64,000 nucleotides of DNA from contig NC_092344.1 in the NCBI RefSeq assembly GCF_963676685.1, forward strand, positions 113,460,001-113,524,000, in the 5' to 3' direction. A model generated the notes under the pieces. The model was not told the origin of the DNA. It did not search any database and worked only from the letters and a program-made list of their open reading frames with translations. The DNA comes from Mytilus edulis. Its lineage: Eukaryota. Shown here one piece after another: positions 13,301 to 28,300 of the stretch; position 1 is the stretch's first letter, and each line of letters starts with the position of its first letter. Both the position numbers and the translations under genes were made by a program.

Positions 13301-16300
13301 TGGATACCTTATATCCTTTGTTTCAAAATTCCATAGCTTTCGATCTTTGGATGTTAATCTGATGATCATAAGATGCTCACTTTTGTTCAAAGGATTTTAC
13401 TCAATCGTGGTTAGTCTCTATCTGATTTTGAAAATGATGATAATTGCCGCATGTAGATCACCATACAATTTCCTTTTTTATTTTGTTTTAAAAATGTTTA
13501 GTCGTCGATATATTCTTATTTTTTTAGCGTATCTGCGTGAATCTATTTGGTTTTGTTTGTCCTTTTTATATTTGTTAACTTTTTTTTTGTTTTATCTTTT
13601 ACTCATGGAAGCTAAATATATATTTTTTAATATCTTTTCATATAAATGATTTATTTAAAAAAAAAAGAGGTGAAAGAATCCAAAGGGACATTAAACATTA
13701 GTTGAAAATAAAATGACAACGCCATGGCTAAAATAGAAAAAAGACCAACAGAACACAAAACGCAACATAGAGTGTGTCTGATACGTTGATATCTTAATAT
13801 TTGCCATTGTTGTCTAATTCAGTATATAAAATTTATGTAAATGAAAAACTACATGTAAAACAAAGAACTCACCCCAACCAATTAATAAATATTTATACCA
13901 CTGCTTGCTAATCTGCTGCTTCCTTGCAGTGGAAATATAAATGTGCATAGATTCAGCAAACAAACATGAAAATGCTGCCAGAAAACAGAAATAAACAACT
14001 ATTCTGCCCACAGAACACAATGCCTAAAACACAAATTGAAACTACTTTTTATGAACAATGTTTTTTTCTCATTAAACTAAAATGGTATTGTGTAAACTTA
14101 CTTCAAGGTACCTTTTTAATTATTTTAAACACGGAAAAGAAATTTTGTGAAGAAATACATCAATAATTTGTTTCCAATCAGTAATTTCATAAATATTCAA
14201 TATGACAATCCATTAATATGCTTTACTAACATCCAAATAATTTTGATTACTGGTAATTTTTTCTAATTTGCAATCAAAAAGTATCTTCTAATTTCATATT
14301 GAATAACCTGTAATTAACTTCAAACTAATGAATTTCATCGCGTAGTAAACAAGAATTTTGTTAACGTCTTGCATAATTTTTTTTTTTTGTAATTTATTTT
14401 TATTTCATCTGACAATACACCAAGTATATATTGTGATACATAATTATATAATTAATTCATAATACATATAATGATATTAAATTTTTCAATAACAGTCTAA
14501 AATTAAAAAGTTAGTTATGCTAATTGTTCTAAATTTTCTACTGGATCATACACATCCTTTATCACTCTGGATTAGAATATCTGAATATGCTGATAAGGTT
14601 AATGATTGCATCAGCCCTCTCCTATAGCCACATGCATCACTGCCTATACAGTGATGTAAAACATGAGAGGTACCAGGAGAGGCCACCAGAGATCATTAAC
14701 AGATAACATATTGGACAATATGTTGGACAGAGTCACATAATAAATGTCAACCTAAGTCAAGGGGAGATAATTCAAATACAATCAAACAAAAACTAGTATA
14801 TCAATATATATATATAACAATAGCAATAAACATAGATAGTACTTGTAAGATGCAAACAAATCACTGTCCAGTTGTGATGTGCATCAACATATTATTAATT
14901 CTACATGAACTATTATAAAGCCTTAAGTAAGTACATAAATAGAAAGATCTCTCCTCAAATGTGAACTAAGTTTTTAATTAATTCCTATTTACTATCAAAT
15001 TTCTCTCTTGCTCTAGGGGATCTGTAAAAGGAGGTAGATATTTTTTCTATTTGGTAGGAATTTTTAATCATAGCTATGACACCTTTAAGAGTTGGTAATG
15101 AATTATTAAAGCGACATGTATAAATATAATATTTAACCAGAATAGTGAATAAGTTTAGGGAAATATCCCAAGACTCTGACCCAAGAACAATATTTTCCAC
15201 ATTAAAAATGAAAGTTAAATTATTTTCAACTAGAAAAAGTGCTGCAATTTCTAACCACAAATTTCTAACTAGCATACATTCCCATAATTTTGTTTATGAA
15301 AGCAGCTATTGCTTTCAGTTTTTATTTTAAGCACACACAATGTATCATTTGTTGAATTTATACATACATTTGTTTTCTTAAATATTCTTATTATTTCACT
15401 AAATAGCTAATGTAACTAAACATAAATACAATTAATGTTAATTTTCAGATTTTGTTAAGGTCATACTATTTCATCTACTTCATTATTCATTGCCTGTACT
15501 CAGTCAGGAATATGGCAGTTGTTGTCCATTCGTTTGACTTTTTTGTGCTTTTGATTTTGCCGGATGATTAGGGACTTTCCGTTTTGAATTTTACTTGGAG
15601 TTCAGAATTTTTGTGATTTAACTTTTTATAAATAATATGAATTCCGGGAAATCTGTTAAAACTTTTAAGTCTGTTATATGTGTAAAAAACATTAGAAAAA
15701 AATGTTCGATCTATGTGCAGGTATTTACTTGGAACACCCAAAGAAATCCTGGCGTTTTATAATTTTACAGTAAAGACTACATAGCCGTATGGGGCTACAT
15801 AGTGTAAAAAGGCTACAAAGAAAAGTATCTACACATCAGCTGTCTGTATTCATACTATACATGTAACTTACTGTGTTGTGTACATTTTTAAGGCAAACCA
15901 GGAATGTTATACTTTGTAACAAAATTGACACCATAAAGCTGAAATGTATGGGATATTCATCACCAACCAACCATCTGCAAATACAAACAAAGAAGTGTGA
16001 ATATTCCATTGTTTGTGAAAATTAAATTCATGTAAAACTTTTGTTCAAATCAAATAAAAAAAGTAAAATGTAGTACAGATTATGTATATTTTATGTAAAA
16101 TATAAGAGGAAACAAATATATTAACAAAACGCAACATATTTTAACATTATACAATCAAAACCCCGATACACTTACTTTCTCTTCAGAATGTAAATAAAAA
16201 CACCGATTCCAAGTACGACGATGTTAATTATACAGGCTATGATAATAGGTAGAGCAGGATTAGGTTCAGTGACAACTTTTGGTATCTGAAAATCAGAACA

Positions 16301-19300
16301 AAAAATAAGTGTAAAAAGTGAAAAAATATCTTTAAAATAGACAGGCAAATTGAAGAATAAAAACATTGTATAAGCTAAAACACAAAGTGTATTTGACGGT
16401 GAAAATATATATGAAATAAAGAAGTACTATTCTGACCTGTCAAAACTGCAGATTGATAAATATGGAAATAATTAAAAAAAAAACTGGAGTTTCAACTGCC
16501 TCACGCAATGTTGATATTCAGTTTTGTAAGAAAGCTTCTCAATTTTCAGTTTCTTTACATAGTCTTGACTTTTCTATGGGTTGGAATACGCATTCATAGT
16601 GACGGTAAACCAAGGAAAGATTTACGAACTCATGCAATTTATAAAAAGTTATTTCTTGAAACTATTGACATTTAAAAAAAAAAATGCCCATCTTAAATCT
16701 ACAAAATGAAGGATAATTTGACCTTATCACATACAATTATATTGTATTAAGATATATTATTGTATATTGTATCAAGATATGTTATTTTATATTGTATTTA
16801 GATATATTATTGTATGTTGCATTAAGATCTATTATTGTACATTGTATTAAGTAATGTATTAAGGTATAAAATCAAAATAATACACTCACTTTGATATTAG
16901 TGGATATAGATACAACCATGAAATGACCTGGAAGTGAACATTTACAAACAGTCTGACTTTCATCTGTTCTTGAAACTGTACATTGATTTTTAGTCCAACG
17001 ACCAAACTGGGGTTCTCTATAATTAAAAAGATAAGGATATATATATTTTTCTAACAAAGATGTTGATTATTTTTATTTTACAATCTGATTTATTATGTCT
17101 CAATGATTTCAAATGTATCACTCATGAGCAATAATTCATAAAAGAGCAGATTACCAATACAAAAGCAAGAGAAACAAAGCATGTTGTGTCGTCAATTGAA
17201 AAGCTGAACTATTAGACGCTTGTAAAAAAAACCAAATCTATATTACTAGTAGTAGAAAAAATGAAATATCATTTTCGAATCTTTTTTTTTATTATTCATT
17301 CTTATTATGTATTGACGTAATGCGCATCTGGTGTAGAAAATTGATACCGTTAATGTTATTACTACCACTGGGTTGATACCTCTGTTGGTGTACGATTAAT
17401 CCACGGACGTATCCCCAACACAGTAGTCAGTACATCGGTACTAGCATGAACATACGTATATTGTGTTACTAAAATTTGTAGTATCAATTTTGGAAATAAT
17501 CAGAAATTAAAGATTATGTCTTACGCCTGCACATATACTTGTTATTTTACTATTATAGTTCTGTGTTGTCGGTTCTACCAGTCTCAATGTTGGTAAAACG
17601 TTCTGGTACAAAAACAAAATAACAGCATTGCAAAGATATTAAAGCTTACCGTTGATCAAACTCCCATGAAACACAGACTGTTTGATTATATTTATTTGTG
17701 GATGACTGCAAAAAAAGAATATGGATATGTTATGAAAATAAAATGAATCACGTAAGGAAAACATCCGGAAAAATTTTTAATGTCATTTAAAGTTGACTAA
17801 CGTTATATAATAGTAATAACTTGTATGCTTGAAAAATTAAGAGCATCACAATACATGCTTTTTTTAACATTAATATCTTGCTCAAAACAATAGTAACACA
17901 CGAGGAAGACTTAATCTACCTGTCTATTTATCCAAGACTACTTACCTGAGTAGTATGTTTGATTGGAATGTAAGCGATGAGATTCTCTGGATGTAGACTG
18001 CTGCCTTGCATAAGGAATATCGAATGGACATCGGAGATAGGAGACAGGAACTTAATGCTGAAATATTTTAAAGTGATCACACTTTCAATGCTTTACAATT
18101 TAAACTTTATGTACTTGTCTAATTAAGATCAAAATAAACTATAAATTACAAAATACTTGGAGCTCGTTCGATTACCATTGCTTATAATAAAAAACTTTTT
18201 GTCGGTCTTATATCTGAGCATTGTACGTTAACTGAATATAAGTGTGCTACGATTTCCTATTATAACCAAAAGAACCACTAAGATATAAATATTGTTTTAT
18301 AATAGCAAGTATCTGCTATTATTGATATCACATTCATCATTTGAACTGGAGCAAAGGTTTTACAAAAAGTAAGAACACAAACAAATATCTTATTTTAGTA
18401 TAATATTTATGTACCTTTTGAGGCTGAATATTGTAAAAGGGTTTATTTTCGAAGCCCAATTGTAATCCAAAGCTTACAATATATATTCGGGTTCATGATT
18501 GACATGTATACTATATTTGGCACATTAATCTCATTCGGTTGGTGTCACATTTGTGTTTATATTGATATATCTATTGTGCTAAAATTTATATTGACAATAA
18601 TTGAACATCCAAATGTTCTTATTCACAATAATTTTTTTTTAATCATATGTCAAGTTCAAAAGTATTCACAAACCTTGGGTTTTGTTCTTTTGCTGATAGC
18701 ATAGACACAATAGCTTTGTTTTTAAATGAGAGAACCTGCAGTTTCTCCATGTCTGAAAACAAATTTTAATAAACTGATTATTTGTCTGCACTTTCTCAAA
18801 CCTCTGAGTTGCAGATTGTGTTTATCACTTACAAAAACTAGTTTATAAAAGATCGAATTATTTATTGAAATACACATATTTTAGACAAATAGGTATGCAC
18901 TACAAGGGTCTCGATGGTCATAGCGTAGAAAGAAAAAAAAACCTGACTATGATTATTTAGTAACAAATGCGACTTAAATAAAATAGACATTTTTTCCTAT
19001 TTTGATCACAGAGACAACATGTAGAACCTATATTGAGAAACTAACATGTCTTATGCCACTACCCCCTTACATAAATTAAAATAGGTCAAAATAACCTGCT
19101 GATGAAGTTTCCTTTTTTATAACTTTCATGAATATTTTTTTTTTCTGTAATCATTTTGGAGAGGCTTGGTCTGATGAAAAGTATAAAGGGGATTTTCTGT
19201 CGAAAAGAATCAATATGTAATAGTCTCTATGCTTTCGCTCTATATTTTTTTAAAACCAATTTTCTACATAAGAAGATACCTGCACTAAGTTCATAATACG

Positions 19301-22300
19301 ACAATTGTTATTCATTCTTTTGATGTTTTTGAGATTTTCATTTTGTCATTTGATTAGTGACTTTTCTTTTTGAATTTTCCTCTGAGTTCAGTGTTTTTGT
19401 GATTTTACTTTTTTTATTCTTATATTTGAAAAAAAACTTTGTTGGCAGAAAAAGATGTGCAGATTTCTGCCAATGTCAATTTTTACTGGTATAATATTCA
19501 AGAAGTATTGTAACAAAACTGATCAAAGATAGCAAGATTAAAAATTTTATACGCTTGACCAGTGTTTCATCGAACATTGGCTTCCAGTCAAAAAGTTACA
19601 AATTAGTAATATCAACATACAAACTACAACTTACCAGTTAAGTATTCTGGTTCTCCTGATTCTGCAGAATCAGCAATACTTGTGTTTGAATTATTTCCAG
19701 TATCGATTTGTACAGGTAATAAATCTGTTTTTACATCTGTAAATAGAACACATTTCGAACTAAACCACAAACTTATAAGAAAACATTTCTTGTTCTTAAA
19801 TATCATCGAATTTCATTAACCCTCAGATCTTCTTAAAATTCGATGGCAAATTCGTAAAACTTCTATGAAAAAAATAACATCCTTCAAATAGTTTTTGGAA
19901 ATCACCATTTTTATATTCTGTATGAGTGCACAGAAACATTTGCTTTGTTCTCAACATTGTAGGTATATATAAGGCATTTGCACTCGTTTACATACTGCAT
20001 ATATGTACAAAATATATATGTTGAAGATACACACTTGTACACACAAGTGTGAGAGGTTTAGCTAGCTATTAAACCAGGTTCTACATTTGAAAATGCCTGT
20101 ACCAAGTCAGGAATATGACAGTTCTTGTCCATTCGTTTTTGATGAGTTTTGTTTTTTGATTTTGCAATGTGATTATTGACTTTCCGAATTGATTTTCCTC
20201 TGAGTTCAGTATTTTTGTGAATTTACTTTTGAATTGTTACCCGATTTAGTTTTTCCGGATAGTTTTGTTTTAGTAAACTTGTAGTTTGTGTGGTCTCAGT
20301 TCTTTATTGGTCAAAACAATACATGATGACGTCATACTTAAACATTTGTTTTGGGTATATCATAGGAATTTTAGTCCTAATTTCGTTAGAAAAACAGATT
20401 CAGTCACATGAACTCGTGCAAAATGGTATTTATCTACATATGGCAGTTGAACATGATAAACTAATAAAAGAACGACAAGCCGCGTGTTACTAATATGAGT
20501 ATTTATCCATTTCAAGTGGAGAAATATCGTATCACACTTGATGTAGTGATGTACTTAATTTTACATCTCAAGCGAGTAGCATGATATAAAAAAATATCAC
20601 AAAAAGAGATAAAAGGAAAAATGCACAAAATAGCGATAATCTATATATATCTTACCTATCGACTCTGAAGTATACTTGGAATCAGGTTCCATGTACAGAA
20701 CACTTGAAATGCTTCTGGATATAATCTGATTTATCTTCAAGAAGTACGGTGCTGCCTTCATATCCTAATCATAACATATAATGCATATTGATCACAAAAT
20801 TATAATTGAGCATAGATTCTAATAATTGTACATCTATGTATTCATTTTCAATTTTATGTTAATGTAAATTATAGTTACGTTTTTGCTTTAGAAGTATCAG
20901 TTTTGATGAAAAGATCCTGCAAAATGCAAATAAAATAAAATGAGGTTAATAAATTAATAAGTATATTACATGATTTGGTATGCCATGGAGAAGAGAATAA
21001 TCAATAAGGAATATTACAATATGAATAATATTCGTTCTCATGTATTAGTCAAATTAATGCAGTAATATTTCGATTCGTTAAGGGATTTTCGAGAGCTTAC
21101 AGGTTCGTACGATATGAACGTAATTTGGTTCTTTTCGGCAGTGTGATGCATTTCTTTATTTCACTAATAATGATTTCGGGAAAAGTTTTGAAATATTTAA
21201 TTTCACCTGTTTTTCCTCCCATGTTGATTGGTTTGCTGCGAACAACATCACGTTCATTAGATCTATGAGTGACTGAAATAAATAATTATATAACAACATC
21301 ACGTTCATTAGATCTATGAGTGACTGAAATAAATAATTATATAACAAGTTAGTGTTTTGTTTTGTAAGACGCAGTAAACAACATCACAATGAACATATTG
21401 AAATAATGACAATATAATTGCTCTAATGTCTTTAAAGATGAAAAACGTACGACAATAATTAGGGACAATAAAAAACGTATTTAGTGATCTCGCATAAAAG
21501 CATGTTTCCTCTTGACAAAAAGATAAGTTTAATGATGATATAATTTCGCCAGAAGTGTCAAATATTAGTATGGGAAACCCTCAAGTTAAGAGTCCGTCTA
21601 AGTATACAAATGATCTAAACATATCACGTACGTATTTTACTATTCATAATTTCTTGCGACTGCTGTCAAACAGTCATAAAATAGCTGAAGTATCTAATAT
21701 TCAGTGACTGCCCGATGATCAGAATAACCTAACTAATAAGCAACCAATTTGCTTTTAACCTTTTTCAAATTGAGAGTCATCGATAAATCTATTGTAGACA
21801 ATGTCCAACGTACAAAATTATACACCCGGTATTTTTAATGAGATTGTTTTTATGTCCGAACCAGTTCTATAATATTGGGCAACAAAACACCACCAAATAA
21901 TATATATGTTTACTTAAAATTTGTTCGAAAAGTTTATCTACAGGATAAACTCCTTGCACGATAGAAAATCAAAATGTAAGATGCATATATATTGCATGGT
22001 TCTTGTTCTAGTTATTAATCTTATAACTTTAGATTTGACTATGTAAACATTTTTTTAAGAGAGATCCGATAGTTCTTACAAGTACATTGTATATGTATAT
22101 GTTAATTGTCACGCTATGGCAGATATTTTTTAAGTTAAGAATATTATAATACACAGGACTAAGTAACTACTAACCTTCAAAGTAATCTTGTCATCTCGGG
22201 CTGACAATTGTGGATATTGTTCCAAATGTCTCAGTAGCTCATGAAGAATGCTAACAGCTAACTCAACATCTCCAGAATACAAGTGGTTATTATTTCTTTT

Positions 22301-25300
22301 AATGATAAACTCACATAAACGATCATAAACGTACTTGATGGTTGTTTGCTGATAGCCAAGCCGAAGCATCTCCAGCTGGAAGATAATACAATAATATAAG
22401 TTATAGTATATCATTATATCATTAGGATGATAATAACAATAGCAGTCTAGTGCACACTGCAAGATGTTCGTTCTTTCAGATTGTCTTGTCATGATCATAA
22501 CGGATTTACAATAAATTCAAAACGCAAATTATTGCATTTTTAACATGCTGTCTTGTTAAAGCAAATATTTAGTAAAAGTTGCTATTCTGTTATATATTTA
22601 AAACAAAACTTCTTTCAGTTAAGAGAAAATAGCTAAACAATTATACCAAACTCCAATGTGAATTAAAGAAACGGGGAGTCCATCAAACCTGACAAAACAA
22701 AATACATGTCTATAATAACAAAACGAACAAATAGAAATCAGCTGTCATATTCCTGAATTGGTACATGCATCTTTCAAAAAACAATATGGTGGGTTGAACA
22801 TGGTTTTATACCTAGCTTAACCTTCATCTTGTATGACTGTTGTCCATAGTTCCAGCATTTTGACAATATCATGCGAGCAACTCGAACAAGACATTATTTG
22901 TTTACGTTTCAATGATTGGGAAATTCAGGTTAAATTAACCCAATGGAAGTGGTCCCAATGGAAAGTAGAACTAACCAGGCAGAACCACATTAGTACCTAC
23001 CTTATCATAAACCTCATAGACTAAGTAAACAGACTGACATTTTGCATAGTTTGGTTCAGCCCAGGTACAAGTCTCACCAGAGCACACACATTGTCTTGTA
23101 GCATATCCTACAAAGCAGATGTAATGTTCAGAAGAAAATATAAGAGAGTGAAAATCTTGTTGGAACACGCTGATATATCACAGGAACAAAATATCTTTAC
23201 ACATATTGTTTCGTAGTGCACTATGTTTTGGTATTAAGGCAACTTTACTGATGTACATCAATCTAATAAACTAAGCTGGGTTATCGGCCATTGTTACAAA
23301 AAAGGTGAATTATCGGTTTGTAATGATTTCATAAAGGGCGTCTTGATTTTTTTAAAACTGGAAACAATACAACTGTCATCACAGAAAAACATTTAATAAA
23401 ACCAAAGGAAAACAATATAATATTAACAACAAAGACATCTTAGTTTTTGTTAAAACTGCAGTATTGAAATTAAAACTCTATTTATATAAGTTTTTTTTTT
23501 TTTAACAAAACACAGATATCGACGGTTACTTAACCAAACGTAGCATGCAAGTTTTGAGCTTAACCTCCGAATAACTCGTGTAGCAATATGTTCACACGTA
23601 ATTCGAATTCGATTCGCATTAACTAATTCGAATTAGTTTAATTCGCATTCGAAACGTTTTACGTCCTAACGTCAATTCTAATTCGAATTGCAATGCGCGT
23701 CAAGTTCGCTTTACTGTCCAAACGACGTTAAATTTTAATTCGTATTAACAAAAACGTATTTCTAATGCGAATTGGCTAATTCGAATTAGCTAATTCGAAT
23801 CAATTCGAATTAAAAAAAGAAGAGTGTGTGAACGCGATTAGGGAATTCGATTCGCATTCGATACGAATTCAATTCGAATTAAATGTCCGTGTGAACAAGG
23901 TATTAATTGTATATCATGTAAAACAAATGATGTTACTTCGTACGGAAAAATGGTTGTTTTTTGGGTGGAATAACCTCTTCGTGCGTGAATTTTTTTTAAG
24001 AAAAGCCAAAACTATATCAACCTTTCACACCAATTAACTTTGACTAAATAACCGTTTGATAACTAGCCTTAATTGGAGTTTACTATCAATAAATCTAGCC
24101 TGAATACATGAGCCTTTGTAAACTTTGCTGAGGAAATAGTTAACAAATCAAAAATGTATTTGTGTTATCTCTAAATTCTACACGATGAGTATTTCTTTTT
24201 TTCTTTTAGTACTGACTGCTCTTTTTTCAACCCGATCCAAATAGATGTAAATATCCGTATGTTAAATATTCGTATATTAGGTTATCCCGATTTTGAATCA
24301 TTCACCTTATATACAGTGCTATGTTCCCGTTACATGGAATGTCTGGGAAATTATTTTATTAATCTTATAAAAATGAATAGACTGCCTCTGTGACTCTTAT
24401 ATGCTATTTGATTATACAAGCTAACATTTCGTACACATAATTTAACAAGCACATTAGTTAGCATTCTTACACTGTATATACTTTTGTAGTATAATTATTA
24501 CTTTAAGCTTAATTTATTAATTTCTTTAAATATATGCTAAAGCATAATTAATTTATACGAAAATATCATACATCAGCCAATATACTAAGGAACATCACGT
24601 GACAACAAACTAACAGTCTTTCTGGTGTCAACTACACAACATGAGGTTTTTCGTACCATGATTTTTTTTCACTTTTTGAACAAAAGACGTGTGTGCAAAG
24701 CTATGACATTTGTGAGACTATATTTAAACTTTAAACTCGGCACGTAACTGTTTACTCATTCAGAACACAAAAGAGTAGAACGACGAATTGTTATGAAATA
24801 AACGAACATATTTCATGTGGAACAGGATTTGTTTACTTTTCCTGATCACCAGAGATTACAATTATAGGGTTTGGTCTTTAGTTTCCTATGTTGTGATTTG
24901 GTACTGCTGTTTGTCTTTTTGTCTTTTTCTTCTTTTTTTCCATGTGTTTGTCAATTTATTTTTGACTTTCGAGTATGAATGTCTCTTTGCTATATTTCGT
25001 CTGTCTTTTTCACTACTTGTGTTTCTAATGGACATCGAAACAAAATAATCTAACTAAAACCGAACGATCTATACAATACAATCAAACAAACAAATGTTTG
25101 TTTTGAAAAGGTTTTTCACTTGAATTGTGTATACTTATATATTCATTATCGTGACATAAAACATCGATGGTGTCTTCCAACTTTTATACAATTCATTCCA
25201 TTCACAAGCAATCTACATTTCTTTTTTCTTATAAATCTTTTGTTCAGGACGCAATTTAGTTATATTGGATCAAAATAAAAACTTTACAAATATCATATAT

Positions 25301-28300
25301 TAAATATGAGCATTTAAAAGGGTTCATTATCAGATACAAAATCGTCAAGATCTAATGAAATAACTACCACAAAACTTTTCAAAGAAAATGTCGTCATACT
25401 TTGCTACACGATGTATCTCGTAATGTTGACTCTGTTAATTCATGGGAAATATATCGAAGAAACGTTTTGTCGAATCTTACCAAAATTACCCCAAAAATGG
25501 CTGGACGGGTGTTTTATTGTTTTTCATCAAAGTACAGATAAGGATAATTTCAATTAATTATAATAGTATCACTATTTCACACAAGCCAATGATAAGTCGA
25601 ATTGAACCTATCTTGAAATGAAAAGTATCTTTTTATTTTTATTTTACAAATCGATTGGTTGTTGAACAACTGAAGTTATGGTGTATTAATTGTGAGAGTC
25701 GCACCTTTACATATACATAGTCATGTTAATTTGGCTTCCACGTCACAAGACTCTACATTACATTTAATTACCAAACTGCAAGACTGTTATAATTTAAAAT
25801 AATACAGGAAGAGTTTATTTTTGTACATAATTCACTTGATTTGAATTTTCTAGCAGCGCAATTATAATTAGAGACTATATGTAAATATGTGGAATTTCCT
25901 TTCTCACTCAAATACTCGATACTCTTTAATAGAACATTGCAATAATAAACATCGCATGTAAACAGTCAAATATATTTTGAGTTATTGTCAACTTTCTCTT
26001 TGAATATACCATTAGTTTCAACATTTGACCATGCATCAGTCTACAAATACATGCAACAATATAACATTAGTTGGTTAAAACGTATCAGCTCGTAGTTAAC
26101 TGCGACTACAATACAAATGAGTGAAGACTATGAAAATAAGACTAAGTAACGAAGCCATTTCAACTGCATTTTTTTTTATCATCGTTATAATTACAAAATC
26201 ATCAAACTTGTTACTTCAGAAAATTGACTTCGCTTTATATCAAACAATTAGTTTTAAATTGATTTCACATTGAAAAAAAAACCAGCTAGTCCAAGGCAAT
26301 TTGTGAAACAGTTGTTATAGATAAGAATCATAGCTGTTTAATTGAAAAAAAAAACTAAATGAACTTTCAAATTCAAGAAAGAATTTCATAAAGAAAGGTT
26401 ATATATTCATATTCTAAAATTGGAATGATTTAAAAATGAATTATCAAAATTATTTCAAATTTCACCAGGCTTATCGATGTAGACCCTTACAAATAACACC
26501 AAAGGTTTAAACTGTCGTGTTCTACATTTGAAAATGCCTGTTCCAAGTCAGGAATGTGACAGTTGTTGTCCATTCGTTTGATACGTTTTATCATTTAATT
26601 TTGCCATTTGAAAAGGGACTTTCCGTTTTGAAATTTCCTTGTGATTTTACTTTTTAAGATAAAAATACAAAATATCAAATATCAAAATTGAATTCCAGTA
26701 TGATGTGTTCGTTTTATCAAATCAAGGTTAAATCGTATCAGAAATGGTTAACAATTAGCATAATTAAAACTTTTTCGCGAGCCAGTCCAAGAAAAGGAAA
26801 AGCCATTTCCATTTATCTCCACTCACCATATTACAGCCTTTGTGAACATTAAGGACGTGAACATAGTGGATTATTGTCTACCACTTACCATTATTAATTG
26901 GACCATAAACACTGAAATCTAAATTAAGCAATGCCTCTTCTATTATAACAAACACATTAAGGTTAACTAAAACCGAAACCGAAAATGTTACGGATAAAGG
27001 AATCATAATGTATTTGATAAGATATGAAAGAAGAAAAAACGATAATAAAAAAATGTGAATTTATATCACACTATTAGTGTACAAGGTATGTAATCTAAAT
27101 CAATGATATATCGTTATTCATTTGTTCCGAACAATTTTGAATTTTGTGCTTCTTATGTATGGAAGATACTGTGTTATATAGTATAAAGGTGTAATTGAAC
27201 TGTAAGTTGAGTGATCTCATCTATAAAACGATATAACTTAAAGAGTCACTCGATATAAGTTGCCGCATCGTAAATTTTCATCATATTTCAACGTTACAAA
27301 AAAAATCGAAATGCCAAACCAACAGCCGAATTAAGCAGAAAAAAAAGTTTGTTACATATCAGAGATACCAGGCTTATCATTTTATAAGTAAACAAATAAT
27401 AAAAAAATGTCACACTTTAGAACATGGGCAACACATAATGCACATATAGCAAACACGTACTTAACTAAAAACTGAAAAAAATATATGAGTATATACCACA
27501 ATTACGGGGACACGTTCTACTGCACTCAATCACATACAGTAACAAACCCCGCAGTCACTATAAAATTATACCTTACATGTTTTTAATTAAAATTCAAAGA
27601 GCATCATGGAGAAAATGAAATTCTTTATCTTATAATTTGTATTTGCGTTTGGAATCAACTATTTTATTATCAGTGGGAAGTATTATAAATCATTTGAAAT
27701 ATAAAAATAGTTATGTTGTATTATAAATGTATCATATTTGTTTTGTATTTGTGCAAATCGTATGGAACTTTACTGCCGTCATAATTATGTGAATGCTTAT
27801 GGTATTACACTCTTAATATTGTGTTGACATGCATGTCTATTTAATTGTAAATTGAAGGTATAAACAGAAAGTGTCAGTATCTTTCGTCAGCATAGCCTGT
27901 TACATGGAGGGCTAAGGTAATGACATATAGGTATCTTTAGAATAAAGAAATTCTACTAGTATATAAAAATATATGTTTTGTGGTATTTTAGGAAGGAAGT
28001 GAACAAAGTTGAGTCGTGCAACTAGTAAGACTGTTTTAGAAATGCCAGTAAATGCAAACAACTCTTGTTGTGTATATAACTTTACCTCCAGTTTCTGATG
28101 GACAGCGTTCTTTGTCAAAATGATTTCCTGCGGTTTTTGTCCACATAACTTGTTTATGATAACTTTTTCCACATGTCATATTAGCAGCTGAAGCTAAAAG
28201 CAAATTGTATAGACATTATGTTGAGACTTCCAGTTTCAAAAACGTCGAAGTAATAATGTCATCATGTCCAAGAAGGATATTGTCTGGCATTTTGTCGATT

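Noticed and set aside
18415-18510. Candidate GAIN exon ending AAAAG|gtacat
   Set aside because: It has stops in the required phases, and exon 18674-18752 gives the correct phase 1 to 2 link.
26889-26911. Possible 23-nt micro-exon (tttcag...ATG|gtaagt) in the HormR intron
   Set aside because: It is not frame-preserving and exons 9 and 10 already join in phase. At most it is a poison exon, which needs RNA evidence.
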